Source: a virus
Virus record (IMG/VR): IMGVR_UViG_3300045996_000592
Coordinates: 1-64,000 of that record
Length of the DNA stretch: 64,000 bases
Reading direction: 5' to 3' (one strand)
Shown: in pieces, positions 9,014 to 18,729 of the stretch
Numbering within the stretch: position 1 is the first letter of the stretch
Layout of the letters: every line of letters begins with the position of its first letter
Notes under the pieces: generated by a model
Told to the model about the DNA's origin: nothing
The model's input: the letters and a program-made list of their open reading frames with translations, nothing else
The model's database searches: none
Position numbers and translations under genes: made by a program

Positions 9014-9597
9014 TCAACAATCTCGATAAAATAAAAAGTATTCTGTCCTTCCCAGATGAGGATACCTTTTATCATCTTCAAATACTGAAGAGGAAGAAGG
9101 AACATCCGGAGCTAGGATCTAACTCTTACGTGGTAAAGACTTATTATATCAGTAGTCTGGAATACCTTGATGGGAAGATGCCGGAGATTATCAGTCTCTG
9201 CAAGTTCCATAATGCACGGGGCTGTATCAATCTAAACAGAAGGAGTTTCGAAAAGACCGCATATCACCTACTAAAGAAGGTTACTGATCAGATCATGAAC
9301 CGCGACTTTAAATCAGTCCGTAAGGCGTATGAGTCTGTTTGTGGTATGCACTCAGATGAATCTGATAAGAAGTGGATAGTAGACATAGATCATAAGGATG
9401 ACGATAAGGTAGCTGTCTATATCAATGATATCAGGAACTGTGAGCCGGGTCGTCGAATGGATAAAGTCTACCGGGTACTGGAAACTAAAAACGGGTACCA
9501 TCTTATCACAAAACCCTTTAATAAAGAAGAGTTCAAACAACTACACCCTGACGTGGATATTCACACTAACAACCCCACAATATTGATCATCCCATGA
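9010..9597 (+). CDS. Hypothetical protein with AEP (prim-pol)-like motifs
   Basis: WIVDID (DxD) and TKNGYHLIT (sxH-like). Confidence 0.55.
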   Translation: MINNLDKIKSILSFPDEDTFYHLQILKRKKEHPELGSNSYVVKTYYISSLEYLDGKMPEIISLCKFHNARGCINLNRRSFEKTAYHLLKKVTDQIMNRDFKSVRKAYESVCGMHSDESDKKWIVDIDHKDDDKVAVYINDIRNCEPGRRMDKVYRVLETKNGYHLITKPFNKEEFKQLHPDVDIHTNNPTILIIP

Positions 9598-9848
9598 CCT
9601 TCGAAGTACCACTAACAATATACCTGTCAGAGAACAGTAACATCCCTTCGGATAAGGAGGTGATAGCACGGACACAACCCGGTATCAGTATTATCCTGAC
9701 AGGGTGCCGGCAACAGGAAATAACCTGACACACAAGGATGAAGAACAGAAGGCAATAGGGATAGTGGGATACACTTTTACCAGGGAAGAGATAATAGCCT
9801 CCGTCTGGGAGTGTTCTATAAAGATGGACTCTAAAATATTAAAAGAAG

Positions 9849-10028
9849 ATGTGGTGTAGGAATAAAAAGATAAAGAGGGCTATAGCCACCCGGAATTTTA
9901 TGATCAGTTATTACGAGTCCTACTGTAGCAGATACCACGGGATGGACTGTATCATGGATAAACACTTCTCTGACCTTATCAGCTGGGAGAAGAGATATAA
10001 AGACCGTTTACTTAAACTACTAAAATAA
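9849..10028 (+). CDS. Small hypothetical protein (59 aa)
   Basis: Open ATG..TAA frame filling the gap before the ParB-like gene. Confidence 0.45.
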   Translation: MWCRNKKIKRAIATRNFMISYYESYCSRYHGMDCIMDKHFSDLISWEKRYKDRLLKLLK

Positions 10029-10034
10029 AGTTTT

Positions 10035-10763
10035 ATGTCAGTCACACAAGAGATTAAGAAAACCAAGAATTACGACCAGTTCCTATTGTTGGGAGGTAAC
10101 CGTAAAGTTGACCCGCGCCACGTAGCACGTCTGAAAGAAAGTATGTCTCAGGAGTACTTCATGTCCCCGATTCAGGTAAACGAGAAAATGGAGGTACTTG
10201 ATGGTCAACACCGCCTGGCTGCGTGTACAGAACTCGGGCTACCGGTTCACTACTTCGTATCAAAGGGCGGGAATCTACGTACAGTACAGGTACTCAACTC
10301 AAACAGTAAAGACTGGAAGATCGAAGACTATATGGAGAGCTATATCGAACAGGGAATAAAGGACTATCAAACCTACAAAGAGTTTTACCAGAGTTACGGG
10401 TTCAACCATAAGGTCTGCTTGATGCTGCTCTTGAACCGGGACGCATCTAACAGTGATGACCTGCGCGATTTTGCTGAGGGTAATTTCCGGATAAAATCAG
10501 TAGCTAAGGCTGCCGAGACTGCCGAAAAGATTAACCTCTGTGGCCAGCACTACGACGGGTTCAAGCGTAGGAATTTCATATTCGCCTTGATGAAGTGCCT
10601 GAAGAAACCTAAGTTCAACTTCGACGAGTTCCTGAAAAAACTCTCCTACCAGTCCCGCAAAATGGTTGACTGCTCCCAAGTAGAACAGTACCTCGAACTA
10701 ATTGAAGAGATCTACAACTTCAAAAGGAATAAGGGTGAGAAATTGGTTCTCAGGACTATCTGA
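10035..10763 (+). CDS. ParB/Srx N-terminal domain protein
   Basis: GNRKVD..HV..L..SM, PIQVN...VLDGQHRL. Confidence 0.85.
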   Translation: MSVTQEIKKTKNYDQFLLLGGNRKVDPRHVARLKESMSQEYFMSPIQVNEKMEVLDGQHRLAACTELGLPVHYFVSKGGNLRTVQVLNSNSKDWKIEDYMESYIEQGIKDYQTYKEFYQSYGFNHKVCLMLLLNRDASNSDDLRDFAEGNFRIKSVAKAAETAEKINLCGQHYDGFKRRNFIFALMKCLKKPKFNFDEFLKKLSYQSRKMVDCSQVEQYLELIEEIYNFKRNKGEKLVLRTI

Positions 10764-10800
10764 TTACCTGTCACTATGAAAACTAACTAAACCAAGACAG

Positions 10801-11175
10801 ATGAAGTCAAAAAAGTTTCTTCGAATAACATCCGAGACTCCCCCTAAGATAAAAGAGGTAATAAAGAATCACCTAAACCATCTCGATAAAGAATATGAGG
10901 AGTCCGAAGACTGGTTCGACCGAAGATTACGTCAGGTACTCCCAGATATTAAGCGGATGAAATCAGAAGGATTTAACCCGATTGGTTATTCTGTAATGTT
11001 TATTGAGGACACCTTTTACTTCAAGACCAAAGAAGAAGCTCTGAGGGCGTACCAGTACTTTGAAGTAGAACGGAGAGGTATCGCTGGGTGGTGGTACGGA
11101 ATAGAAGAAAAGGACCAGAATGCTAAAGACTATCTGGAGTCTACAGATAGTGAACCCCGATATACAGACCTATAA
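10801..11175 (+). CDS. Hypothetical protein
   Basis: 124-aa ORF in operon. Confidence 0.6.
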   Translation: MKSKKFLRITSETPPKIKEVIKNHLNHLDKEYEESEDWFDRRLRQVLPDIKRMKSEGFNPIGYSVMFIEDTFYFKTKEEALRAYQYFEVERRGIAGWWYGIEEKDQNAKDYLESTDSEPRYTDL

Positions 11176-11182
11176 AAATAAG

Positions 11183-12310
11183 ATGATGACCAAAAGAGAA
11201 CAGATACAGTTAGAAGCCTTTACAGAACTTACTAAACACCCCCGCGCCGGCGCCGCTATCAGTATGAGAGTAGGTAAAACATATCTGGGGTTACAGGTTC
11301 TGGATTACTATCAGCCTTCGCGTATACTGGTTGTTTACCCAAAATTATCTATCAGAAAATCATGGGAAGATGACATAAAGAAATTCGGGTTTGAGCACCT
11401 GGATATAACCTATACTACTTACTTATCCCTTGATAAGCAGTCCTTAGACTATGATGTGGTTGTCTTAGATGAATGTCACTCTCTTACTATTAAGAGTGAG
11501 CCGTGGTTAAAGGAATACCGAGGGATAATAGTAGGACTTACAGGTACACCCTCTAAGAACACTTACTCAGATAAATACCGGTTAGTAGCTACTTACTGCC
11601 CAATCGTCTACACCTACATCGTAAATGACGCGGTAGAGGATAAGATATTATCGGACTACCGGGTTATAGTACACAAACTTAGGTTATCTGGTAAGAAGGA
11701 TGTACTAGTACAGTTAAAAAACCGGCAGTTCTGGACATCTGAACAGGAATCTTATAACTACTGGACAGAACAGGTAGCGTCAGCAGACCGGCCACAAACC
11801 CGGCAGATAAAGTCTATCATGCGTATGAGGTCTATGATGGACTTTAAGACTAAGGAAGACTACGCGAAAAAGTTAACAGAATTACTAGAGTATAATAAAC
11901 TACTGGTATTCTGCAACACGACAGAACAGTCAGACCGATTAGTAACTCATACTTACCACTCCAAGAACAAGAAGTCAGAAGAAAACCTACAGTTATTCCA
12001 GGACGGTAGTATTACCCGGTTAGGCTGTGTCGCCCAGCTCTCTGAGGGTCTCTCCTTTAATCAGCTGGACTCTATCTTACTACTACACGCCTTCGGGAAC
12101 GAACGTAAGAGTATGCAGCGGCTGGCCAGGGCACTGTTACCAGAAGAAGGTAAAACTGCTAACATCCATGTACTTTGTTATAAAGATACTATAGATGAAA
12201 AATGGGTAGAGACAGCCTTAGCGGAACTGAACCAAGATAAAATAAGGTATGTAGACGGGGAATTTTATCTCGAACAGTTAAAACAGGAAAAATTATGGCT
12301 ACACGATTAA
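11183..12310 (+). CDS. Superfamily 2 DExH helicase
   Basis: GKT Walker A, DECH, LTGT, LSEG.S and QRLAR motifs. Confidence 0.9.
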   Translation: MMTKREQIQLEAFTELTKHPRAGAAISMRVGKTYLGLQVLDYYQPSRILVVYPKLSIRKSWEDDIKKFGFEHLDITYTTYLSLDKQSLDYDVVVLDECHSLTIKSEPWLKEYRGIIVGLTGTPSKNTYSDKYRLVATYCPIVYTYIVNDAVEDKILSDYRVIVHKLRLSGKKDVLVQLKNRQFWTSEQESYNYWTEQVASADRPQTRQIKSIMRMRSMMDFKTKEDYAKKLTELLEYNKLLVFCNTTEQSDRLVTHTYHSKNKKSEENLQLFQDGSITRLGCVAQLSEGLSFNQLDSILLLHAFGNERKSMQRLARALLPEEGKTANIHVLCYKDTIDEKWVETALAELNQDKIRYVDGEFYLEQLKQEKLWLHD

Positions 12311-12513
12311 CAGAACATCAGTTTCATGCCGTCTGGACTGAAGCGGTAGGTAAACCGGGGTACGATAAAAAGCTCTTTCAAGAAGTGCTGTCATCCTTAA
12401 TAGAAAAGGGTATAGTTATTCCTACAGAAGAGATAAAAAGTATGTGTACCTGTCAAGGATTTTATCGACCAATAAACTGCCCGATTCACGGAATTAACGG
12501 TATAGCAAAATAA
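12295..12513 (+). CDS. Hypothetical protein with C-terminal CxC..CxxH
   Basis: Coupled ORF. Confidence 0.55.
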   Translation: MATRLTEHQFHAVWTEAVGKPGYDKKLFQEVLSSLIEKGIVIPTEEIKSMCTCQGFYRPINCPIHGINGIAK

Positions 12514-12516
12514 CTT

Positions 12517-12912
12517 ATGACGCACTCATTCCACACCAAACTAAAGAAGGTAGACGGTAAGATGGTCTTTCCTGACGTACTAACAGAAGAGAAGTACAAA
12601 CTTTTTATGAAGAAAGTAGGGGAGGGAGAAGAGGTGAAGATCGAAGTCCACGAAGTAGGCGCCGAAAAGACATTACCCCAGCTCCGTATGATCTACGGTA
12701 TTCTCCGTAACGTATCAAAGGGTACCGGGGAAGACTTTTCCGCAGTAAAGAAGCGTTATAAGGAGAAGGTAGGTATGGTGATCAACTATAAGGTAGGTAC
12801 CGAAGTACGAGAACTGGTACTATCATTCGCAGATCTGGAATTAGATGATGCAGTTTACGTGTGTAACCAGTTTCAGATAATATCTGACCAGGAATTACGG
12901 ATGGTGGCCTAA
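12517..12912 (+). CDS. Hypothetical protein, possibly NinB/Orf-like
   Basis: KTLPQLR.IYG.L..VS..TG pattern. Confidence 0.5.
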   Translation: MTHSFHTKLKKVDGKMVFPDVLTEEKYKLFMKKVGEGEEVKIEVHEVGAEKTLPQLRMIYGILRNVSKGTGEDFSAVKKRYKEKVGMVINYKVGTEVRELVLSFADLELDDAVYVCNQFQIISDQELRMVA

Positions 12913-13226
12913 CTGCCGGTTGGAATACCTGACGCCTGTAATATAGACTCTGCAGAAAACTCGGTAAAGTCAACCTGTGAGGTCTTTTCAGCAGCGTCCA
13001 CAATCTTCTTATAGGTAGCGTTTAACTGACAGACTGCGTACATCCACGGTTCCAATTCTTCCCCGGTTTTCACTTTAGAGGTCAGGGTGCTGAGTTCTTC
13101 CGGGGTTCTACCCTTAGTGAGTTCCGCGATAGCCAACGGGAAGGATACCCCGAGGTTGTAATCTATGCTGATAGTAACATCCAGGGTTTTCTTAAGGACG
13201 GGGACGAGTTGTTTAGTAGGTTCCAT
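12909..13226 (-). CDS. Hypothetical protein (isolated - strand gene)
   Basis: Fills the gap between + strand genes; upstream promoter-like TTTG-N20-TATCTTAA. Confidence 0.65.
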   Translation of the reverse strand: MEPTKQLVPVLKKTLDVTISIDYNLGVSFPLAIAELTKGRTPEELSTLTSKVKTGEELEPWMYAVCQLNATYKKIVDAAEKTSQVDFTEFSAESILQASGIPTGS

Positions 13227-13274
13227 AGGATCATTAAGATAAGAAGATAGTAAAAGATAACCAAAAAATATTTT

Positions 13275-13613
13275 ATGATAGATAAGGTTTACGTTCTTGA
13301 AACCTCAGCCGGCTGCTGGGATGACTTCAGATGGATAACAGTAGGAATATATACTGACCCGGTTACTGCGGATCAGGAAAAACAGAAGTTTATAACTGAG
13401 GTTACCACGGAGAAGTCCAGGTATACTCCTGAGGAAAGTGAGAGGTTTGATAAACAATCTGAGGAGATGTTTGAGCTAAACATCTCGGATGAGAAGTGGC
13501 CCCAACCCCTTACAGACTGGTGGGGGTGGAAGTATAACTCTGATAAGAACATTAACATTAATGACACTAAGGTCACCGAACAACCACTCAACCAAAGACT
13601 GTTTACTATATGA
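13275..13613 (+). CDS. Hypothetical protein
   Basis: TTTTATG start, coupled to ung. Confidence 0.6.
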   Translation: MIDKVYVLETSAGCWDDFRWITVGIYTDPVTADQEKQKFITEVTTEKSRYTPEESERFDKQSEEMFELNISDEKWPQPLTDWWGWKYNSDKNININDTKVTEQPLNQRLFTI

Positions 13614-14362
13614 GCACACAGACGATCAACATAACAGACCTCTCCCAGAAGCTGCAGGATAGGCTAGTCCCTTCAGGATGGTATAACATCCTACGCCCGT
13701 ACTTTCTAAGGGGAGGACTTGATAAAGCGTTGGAACTGCTGGTAAAAGAAAAGCAGTTGGGGTATTCATTTACCCCGGGAGTTAAACACCTGTTTACCGC
13801 GTTCGAGAACTGTCCCTATTCAGAACTTAAGGTAGTGATAGTAGGGCAAGACCCGTACCCTTTTATAGGGAAAAACCCGGAAGGCCAAGAAACTTCTGTA
13901 GCAGATGGGATGGCATTTTCATGTAGCCACACTAAGGCGTTACAACCTTCTTTGAAGCGGATACTGGAAAGCATCGACCGGACAGTATACCATAACAGTG
14001 CCTCCGTAGACTATGATTATAACCCGGACCTAACCCATCTGGCTAAACAGGGTGTACTGTTGTTAAATACTGCACTCACAACCCGGGTAGGAGAATCCGG
14101 CAGCCACTACGATATCTGGAAACCTTTTATAGCCACCTTACTGGATACCCTGAATAAGATAAACTCGGGTTTAGTATTCCTGTTTGCAGGCAGTAAGAGT
14201 AGGGAGTTCGCCAACTATCTCTCAGAGGGTAACCACTATATCTTCTTTAATGAGCACCCGGCCTTTGCGTCTCGGGAGAAGCGGGATTGGCAGGATAACG
14301 ACTTCTTCAACAAGTGTAACGACATTCTTCACAACAACAATAATTCAAGGATATTATGGTAA
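13610..14362 (+). CDS. ung: Uracil-DNA glycosylase family 1
   Basis: KVVIVGQDPY, GMAFS, QGVLLLN, EHPA. Confidence 0.93.
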   Translation: MSTQTINITDLSQKLQDRLVPSGWYNILRPYFLRGGLDKALELLVKEKQLGYSFTPGVKHLFTAFENCPYSELKVVIVGQDPYPFIGKNPEGQETSVADGMAFSCSHTKALQPSLKRILESIDRTVYHNSASVDYDYNPDLTHLAKQGVLLLNTALTTRVGESGSHYDIWKPFIATLLDTLNKINSGLVFLFAGSKSREFANYLSEGNHYIFFNEHPAFASREKRDWQDNDFFNKCNDILHNNNNSRILW

Positions 14363-14598
14363 AAGACAAAATAACCTACCGAGGTTTAGACTGGCCATTA
14401 CGGGTACTTACTATCCCGGGTTATGGAGAAGACCTGCTTATAGGGTCTACTGATCTGTACAGTGTCTTATTTGAGGGTTATGCATCTTCTGACAGGGATG
14501 CAGAAGAAGTAGATGACCAAATATTCTTTTATGTAGAACCTTCTGAGTTAGAGCTACCTGACCGAGAAATTAAAAAAGTAGTGGAGGAAAATTTATGA
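14356..14598 (+). CDS. Hypothetical protein
   Basis: Coupled acidic ORF. Confidence 0.6.
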   Translation: MVKDKITYRGLDWPLRVLTIPGYGEDLLIGSTDLYSVLFEGYASSDRDAEEVDDQIFFYVEPSELELPDREIKKVVEENL

Positions 14599-14646
14599 CT
14601 GAAGTGTAGCAGTAAAGAGTTAGCTGAATAGTACAAAGGATGTTTT

Positions 14647-16143
14647 ATGAATTTAATAATAGCGGAATCTCTCAGGAGGTTCCTCGAACTGAACAGAAGT
14701 AAGAGCCTGATAGCTCAGATATTACTCGATGATGATTTTACGACAGTAGAGTTTGGTAACTATATAGCGCGGAGAGGAGATATGTTAAGTTTTCTACCGG
14801 CCGGTAAAGAACACCAGGTAAACGATAACGGGGACTGGAGAAGAGAGAACAGGCAGACTGCCCGTGCTGGTAAGTTAGTAAGGAAATTGATCAATGAGTA
14901 CGGATACACCAATATGAACCCTAAAGACAGCGACTTCGAACTTTTTTCTAACCTGGTTAAATCTGATAAGGTTAACGATGAAGACTGTAAGGTCAGGTTT
15001 GAACTGGTAAAAGGAGAAGATATCAGGTACCGGTACTACGAAGACAACCACTCGGATAAGTATAATCTCGGTACTATGAAGGACTCCTGTATGCGTTACG
15101 GTAAATGCCAGGATTGGTTAGACCTTTACGTCAAGAACCCGAACAAAGTGGGACTACTGGTTCTCCTGGACGAGGATAATAAGACAGTAGGTAGAGCCCT
15201 TGTCTGGAAGCTGGACTCAGGGGAAACTTTTATGGACCGTGTTTATGGTACTGAAGCTCATCAGAAGATGTTTGAGTCTTACGCAGAGAACAGGAAGTGG
15301 TGGTATAAATCAACACACGATAATGATCAGAGTGCTGACATCGTTACTCCGGATGGAGAACCCTCACGTAAAGCTCTGGAAGTTACTCTTAGCTACGCCA
15401 ATTTGGACAGGTTCCCTTATATGGACACTTTATCCTATTACAGTCACGATGGTTTGATAACTAACGCAAGTAGTAGTTATGACTACGAACTCAGGGATAC
15501 CGAGGGTTATTGGGAAGGACATAATGATGATGATGATGACGAGGATGATAACGATGGACAGGTGTATGATACATATCGTTGTCGCTATATTGACGAGAAT
15601 GGTGCCTGCTATATCGAAGGTTTCGGTTATGCCCATGAGGACGACTGTATTTATGATGAGTACACTTGGCGTTGGAACTTAAACAGGGACAGTGAGAGGT
15701 TAGAAAACGGTAAATGGTGTCACGAGGATGACGCTATTTATGTAGAGGATTACGGTCATATACACAAGACCGAAATAGACGACTACCGGCAAGTAGATGG
15801 TAAGTGGTACCGTGAAGATGATACTTGTTGGGATGAGATCGGGGAAGAAGACATCCTTATCAAAGACTCAGTAGAACTGTATACAGGAGGAAGAACATCT
15901 AAAAATCACAGGGGTGTAGTAGAGCTTGATGAGTTTTATGGGGATAAACAATATGCCCTGACTTCTGACTGTTTTGTCTGTCCCCACTCGGGTACTTATT
16001 ATCTAACAGAAGATAGTGTAGTTACTTATTGCGGTACCCGGGTAGCACAAGAAAATCTCAGAAATTACCTCGAAGAACATGAAGAAGAAACAGGAACACC
16101 TACAGAAAATCAGTTAACCTTAGAACTCATAGATCATGGATAG
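14647..16143 (+). CDS. Conserved phage protein (SCM / GRALxW / DRxY / PYMDT family) with acidic C-terminal repeats
   Basis: DSCMR, GRALVW, FMDRVY, PYMDT motifs; poly-Asp linker. Confidence 0.7.
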   Translation: MNLIIAESLRRFLELNRSKSLIAQILLDDDFTTVEFGNYIARRGDMLSFLPAGKEHQVNDNGDWRRENRQTARAGKLVRKLINEYGYTNMNPKDSDFELFSNLVKSDKVNDEDCKVRFELVKGEDIRYRYYEDNHSDKYNLGTMKDSCMRYGKCQDWLDLYVKNPNKVGLLVLLDEDNKTVGRALVWKLDSGETFMDRVYGTEAHQKMFESYAENRKWWYKSTHDNDQSADIVTPDGEPSRKALEVTLSYANLDRFPYMDTLSYYSHDGLITNASSSYDYELRDTEGYWEGHNDDDDDEDDNDGQVYDTYRCRYIDENGACYIEGFGYAHEDDCIYDEYTWRWNLNRDSERLENGKWCHEDDAIYVEDYGHIHKTEIDDYRQVDGKWYREDDTCWDEIGEEDILIKDSVELYTGGRTSKNHRGVVELDEFYGDKQYALTSDCFVCPHSGTYYLTEDSVVTYCGTRVAQENLRNYLEEHEEETGTPTENQLTLELIDHG

Positions 16144-17131
16144 TTTATTGTGGACAGTTTTAGAAGTACAATCCGAATCAGGGAACGTAAAGTTCATGAA
16201 CCGGCTGGTTAAGAAGATAGCCGAATCCTTCGGGGCTCAGGTAAAAGAAGATAAGGGTAATATCTACGTAACAAAAGGTGAGGCTGACAGTTATAACTGT
16301 ATCGTAGCGCACACCGATACCGTACACAGGATCATCCCGCAGAATCACTACAAGGTGTTAGAGTTGGAAGGAAGAGTATTCGCCTATAATACAAAGGATA
16401 TGAAACCTACGGGTATAGGTGGGGACGATAAATGTGGGATTGCTATAGCATTGACCGCTATCCGGGATCTTCCTGTTATCAAGGCCGCATTCTTCAGAGA
16501 CGAGGAGACAGGTGGTGAAGGTTCTCAGGAAGCAGATATGAGTTTCTTTAATGATTGTAATTTTGTTCTCCAGTGTGACCGTAAGGGTAATTCTGGGTTC
16601 GTGGATAACATCTACGGAGAACCTCTTTATGCAGACAACTTCAGGGAGGACATCTATCCCGTACTGGAAAAATACGGGTATAAGGAGGTTGAAGGTATGT
16701 TTACTGATGTCTATCAACTGGCCTGTAACGATCTACCCATAGCCTGTGCTAACATAGAGTGTGGGTACTATGCTCCTCATACGTCTACAGAGTATATTAT
16801 ACTAAAGGACTGGGAGAACTGTAAGAAGATGGTACTGGAGATGTTAAGTACGTTCACGAAGAAGTACAAGATCGACCGCGTACCGCCGTATTCTGGTAAA
16901 GGACGTTATTCTGAAAACCGTTATTTCTGGGAGGAAAGGGCTACAGGTGCCGGCCATTTCGATGGACGAGACTACTGGGATTTCTGCTGGAGTTGTAATG
17001 AGTACGATATTCTGAATGAGAGTAATATGTGTTGCGAGTTCTGTACTGAGGCAGTGGGGATGACTAAGAAGGAGAAGAAGTCCCCTATTGTCAAATCACA
17101 GAAAGAGTTATTCCTGGATTTTAAGTTATGA
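16136..17131 (+). CDS. M28/M20-type Zn peptidase-like protein
   Basis: AHTDTVH, GGDDKCG, DEETG, QCDR, GYYAPHT metal-ligand motifs. Confidence 0.85.
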   Translation: MDSLLWTVLEVQSESGNVKFMNRLVKKIAESFGAQVKEDKGNIYVTKGEADSYNCIVAHTDTVHRIIPQNHYKVLELEGRVFAYNTKDMKPTGIGGDDKCGIAIALTAIRDLPVIKAAFFRDEETGGEGSQEADMSFFNDCNFVLQCDRKGNSGFVDNIYGEPLYADNFREDIYPVLEKYGYKEVEGMFTDVYQLACNDLPIACANIECGYYAPHTSTEYIILKDWENCKKMVLEMLSTFTKKYKIDRVPPYSGKGRYSENRYFWEERATGAGHFDGRDYWDFCWSCNEYDILNESNMCCEFCTEAVGMTKKEKKSPIVKSQKELFLDFKL

Positions 17132-17535
17132 TACAGGCAAAAGACGTGGTAAAAGAGTTCTTCAGTGAACTCGAACGATTGATACTCAGGCCGGCGCAGG
17201 ACGCAGGGCTAACTAAAATATCAGAACTCTTCCTGTACCACGGGTTCATACACTCCAGTAAAGAGTGGTTTATCCATAATATAGAAGAAGCGGAATACTG
17301 GGAAGAAAAATTCGATGCTGCAGAAGAAGAACGAAATAATATAGACAGGGATCTACAAGACATGGAAGCTCAGGTAGACGACATAGCCAGTGATCTCAGT
17401 AATATCACTGATAAACTGGAAAACGCGGACCCGGATGAAACAGCCCGGTTAGTAGCAGAGCTAAAGGGACGAATAGAAGACCTGGAGAGCGCTACCGGCT
17501 GGAGGACTAAACCGACTAAAAAGAAAGCAGCATGA
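17128..17535 (+). CDS. Coiled-coil hypothetical protein
   Basis: Heptad-rich acidic ORF ending KKKAA. Confidence 0.65.
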   Translation: MIQAKDVVKEFFSELERLILRPAQDAGLTKISELFLYHGFIHSSKEWFIHNIEEAEYWEEKFDAAEEERNNIDRDLQDMEAQVDDIASDLSNITDKLENADPDETARLVAELKGRIEDLESATGWRTKPTKKKAA

Positions 17536-17741
17536 CGTTATATCAGATATTAGATACTGAAGGTGATGAGATGGGACTCATCTACACAGATGCCCCGGGA
17601 GAAGTAGTGCAGAGTACATGGAAGAAGGTATACTTAGAAGATGAACCGGAGGACTGCGCTTATATAGACTGGTTAGTAGAAACGCTATCTGCCGCGTGGC
17701 CTAAGACAGAAAGATTGTTTACAGAGGTAATATTACCCTAA
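17532..17741 (+). CDS. Hypothetical protein
   Basis: ATGA-coupled ORF. Confidence 0.6.
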   Translation: MTLYQILDTEGDEMGLIYTDAPGEVVQSTWKKVYLEDEPEDCAYIDWLVETLSAAWPKTERLFTEVILP

Positions 17742-17746
17742 AACAT

Positions 17747-17780
17747 AAAAAAAACCCCGAACCTTAACAGGAACGGGGTA
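17747..17780 (-). terminator. Intrinsic terminator for the - strand lysis-like operon
   Basis: A8-CCCCG...CGGGG hairpin between convergent genes. Confidence 0.65.
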
Positions 17781-17836
17781 TAATTCTTATCAGCCGGTGG
17801 GTTTACAGGGGTTGGCCGAGGGAATCGTAGGTGGGA

Positions 17837-18430
17837 CTAAATTATTTTTTTGAATTTCAGGAATCCGAGACCGGTGCCGATAATAACTATCAGGCTTATC
17901 AATCCCCAGAACTGTATCCGGGAAGTAGTTAACCTTGATTTTAGTTCGGAAACAGTCAGTTTCTGTGCTCTCACGGTAGAATCTGACCGGTTGAGTTTAC
18001 CTTCCAGCAGCTTCCGGCGGGTACTGTCCTCCACCCTTGTCACTATTTTTTGAATATGGGTGACAGTTTTCTCAGTAACCGGGACATAGGTAGTAAGAAC
18101 TCCCCCGGTGATCTTTAAGTAAAGGCCGTTAGGAAGGGTAGTATCCAGCTGATATAGTTGTGAACAATCAACGGGTATAGCTTTTCCTTCCAGGTATATC
18201 GTATCCGGAGCAGACGGTAATTTAACGGAAGTAGAGTCATAGGTGGTATCGGTTTTGGTTATCTCCTCGTTAAGAGTGTCCGATCCGGTTATTACCGGGA
18301 TACAGCCCCCACGGGATACGAAGGTGTCTATTATAGCCCTGTGTTTCCGGGGGTGCTTTACCGCGAACTTATCAACGGTGAAACACCCGGTCAGTAACAC
18401 TAAGGATAGGATGACTAATATTGATTTCAT
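17837..18430 (-). CDS. Putative unimolecular spanin (lipoprotein with C-terminal TM)
   Basis: Lipobox LLTG-C at residue 16, Thr-rich beta region, C-terminal FWGLISLIVIIGTGLGFL-KFKK. Confidence 0.65.
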   Translation of the reverse strand: MKSILVILSLVLLTGCFTVDKFAVKHPRKHRAIIDTFVSRGGCIPVITGSDTLNEEITKTDTTYDSTSVKLPSAPDTIYLEGKAIPVDCSQLYQLDTTLPNGLYLKITGGVLTTYVPVTEKTVTHIQKIVTRVEDSTRRKLLEGKLNRSDSTVRAQKLTVSELKSRLTTSRIQFWGLISLIVIIGTGLGFLKFKKII

Positions 18431-18729
18431 AGGTACTGGTATTTACGCCGCGTTCGGTCCTCGGGATTAGTAAAGACCAGCGGTTCTTTTACGCTTGGTA
18501 ATCTCTCGGGAACACCTGGCCGGTCTTCTACCTGATACACTACGATACCTCCGCGGTCCATACGCTCTTTGAGGTTCTTTAGCTCTGTCTTGTCAACCCC
18601 CTGGGCTACCAGGACAGCTTCCATTTTAGTGTCCAGGTTATCCAGTTTTTTCAAGACCATCCCCGAAAACGAGGTAGCTAAAGTCACCAAGAGTCCGAAT
18701 ACGAATTTCTGAGTAGAGTTTAAACCCAT
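18427..18729 (-). CDS. Putative holin-like membrane protein
   Basis: N-terminal TM followed by coiled coil; upstream of the spanin candidate. Confidence 0.45.
   Translation of the reverse strand: MGLNSTQKFVFGLLVTLATSFSGMVLKKLDNLDTKMEAVLVAQGVDKTELKNLKERMDRGGIVVYQVEDRPGVPERLPSVKEPLVFTNPEDRTRRKYQYL

Noticed and set aside
17787-17797. TTATCAGCCGG also present just before the tRNA fragment (5301-5311), suggesting a second att site
   Set aside because: Only about 11 bp, in a CCGG-rich genome, with no tRNA or arm repeats nearby
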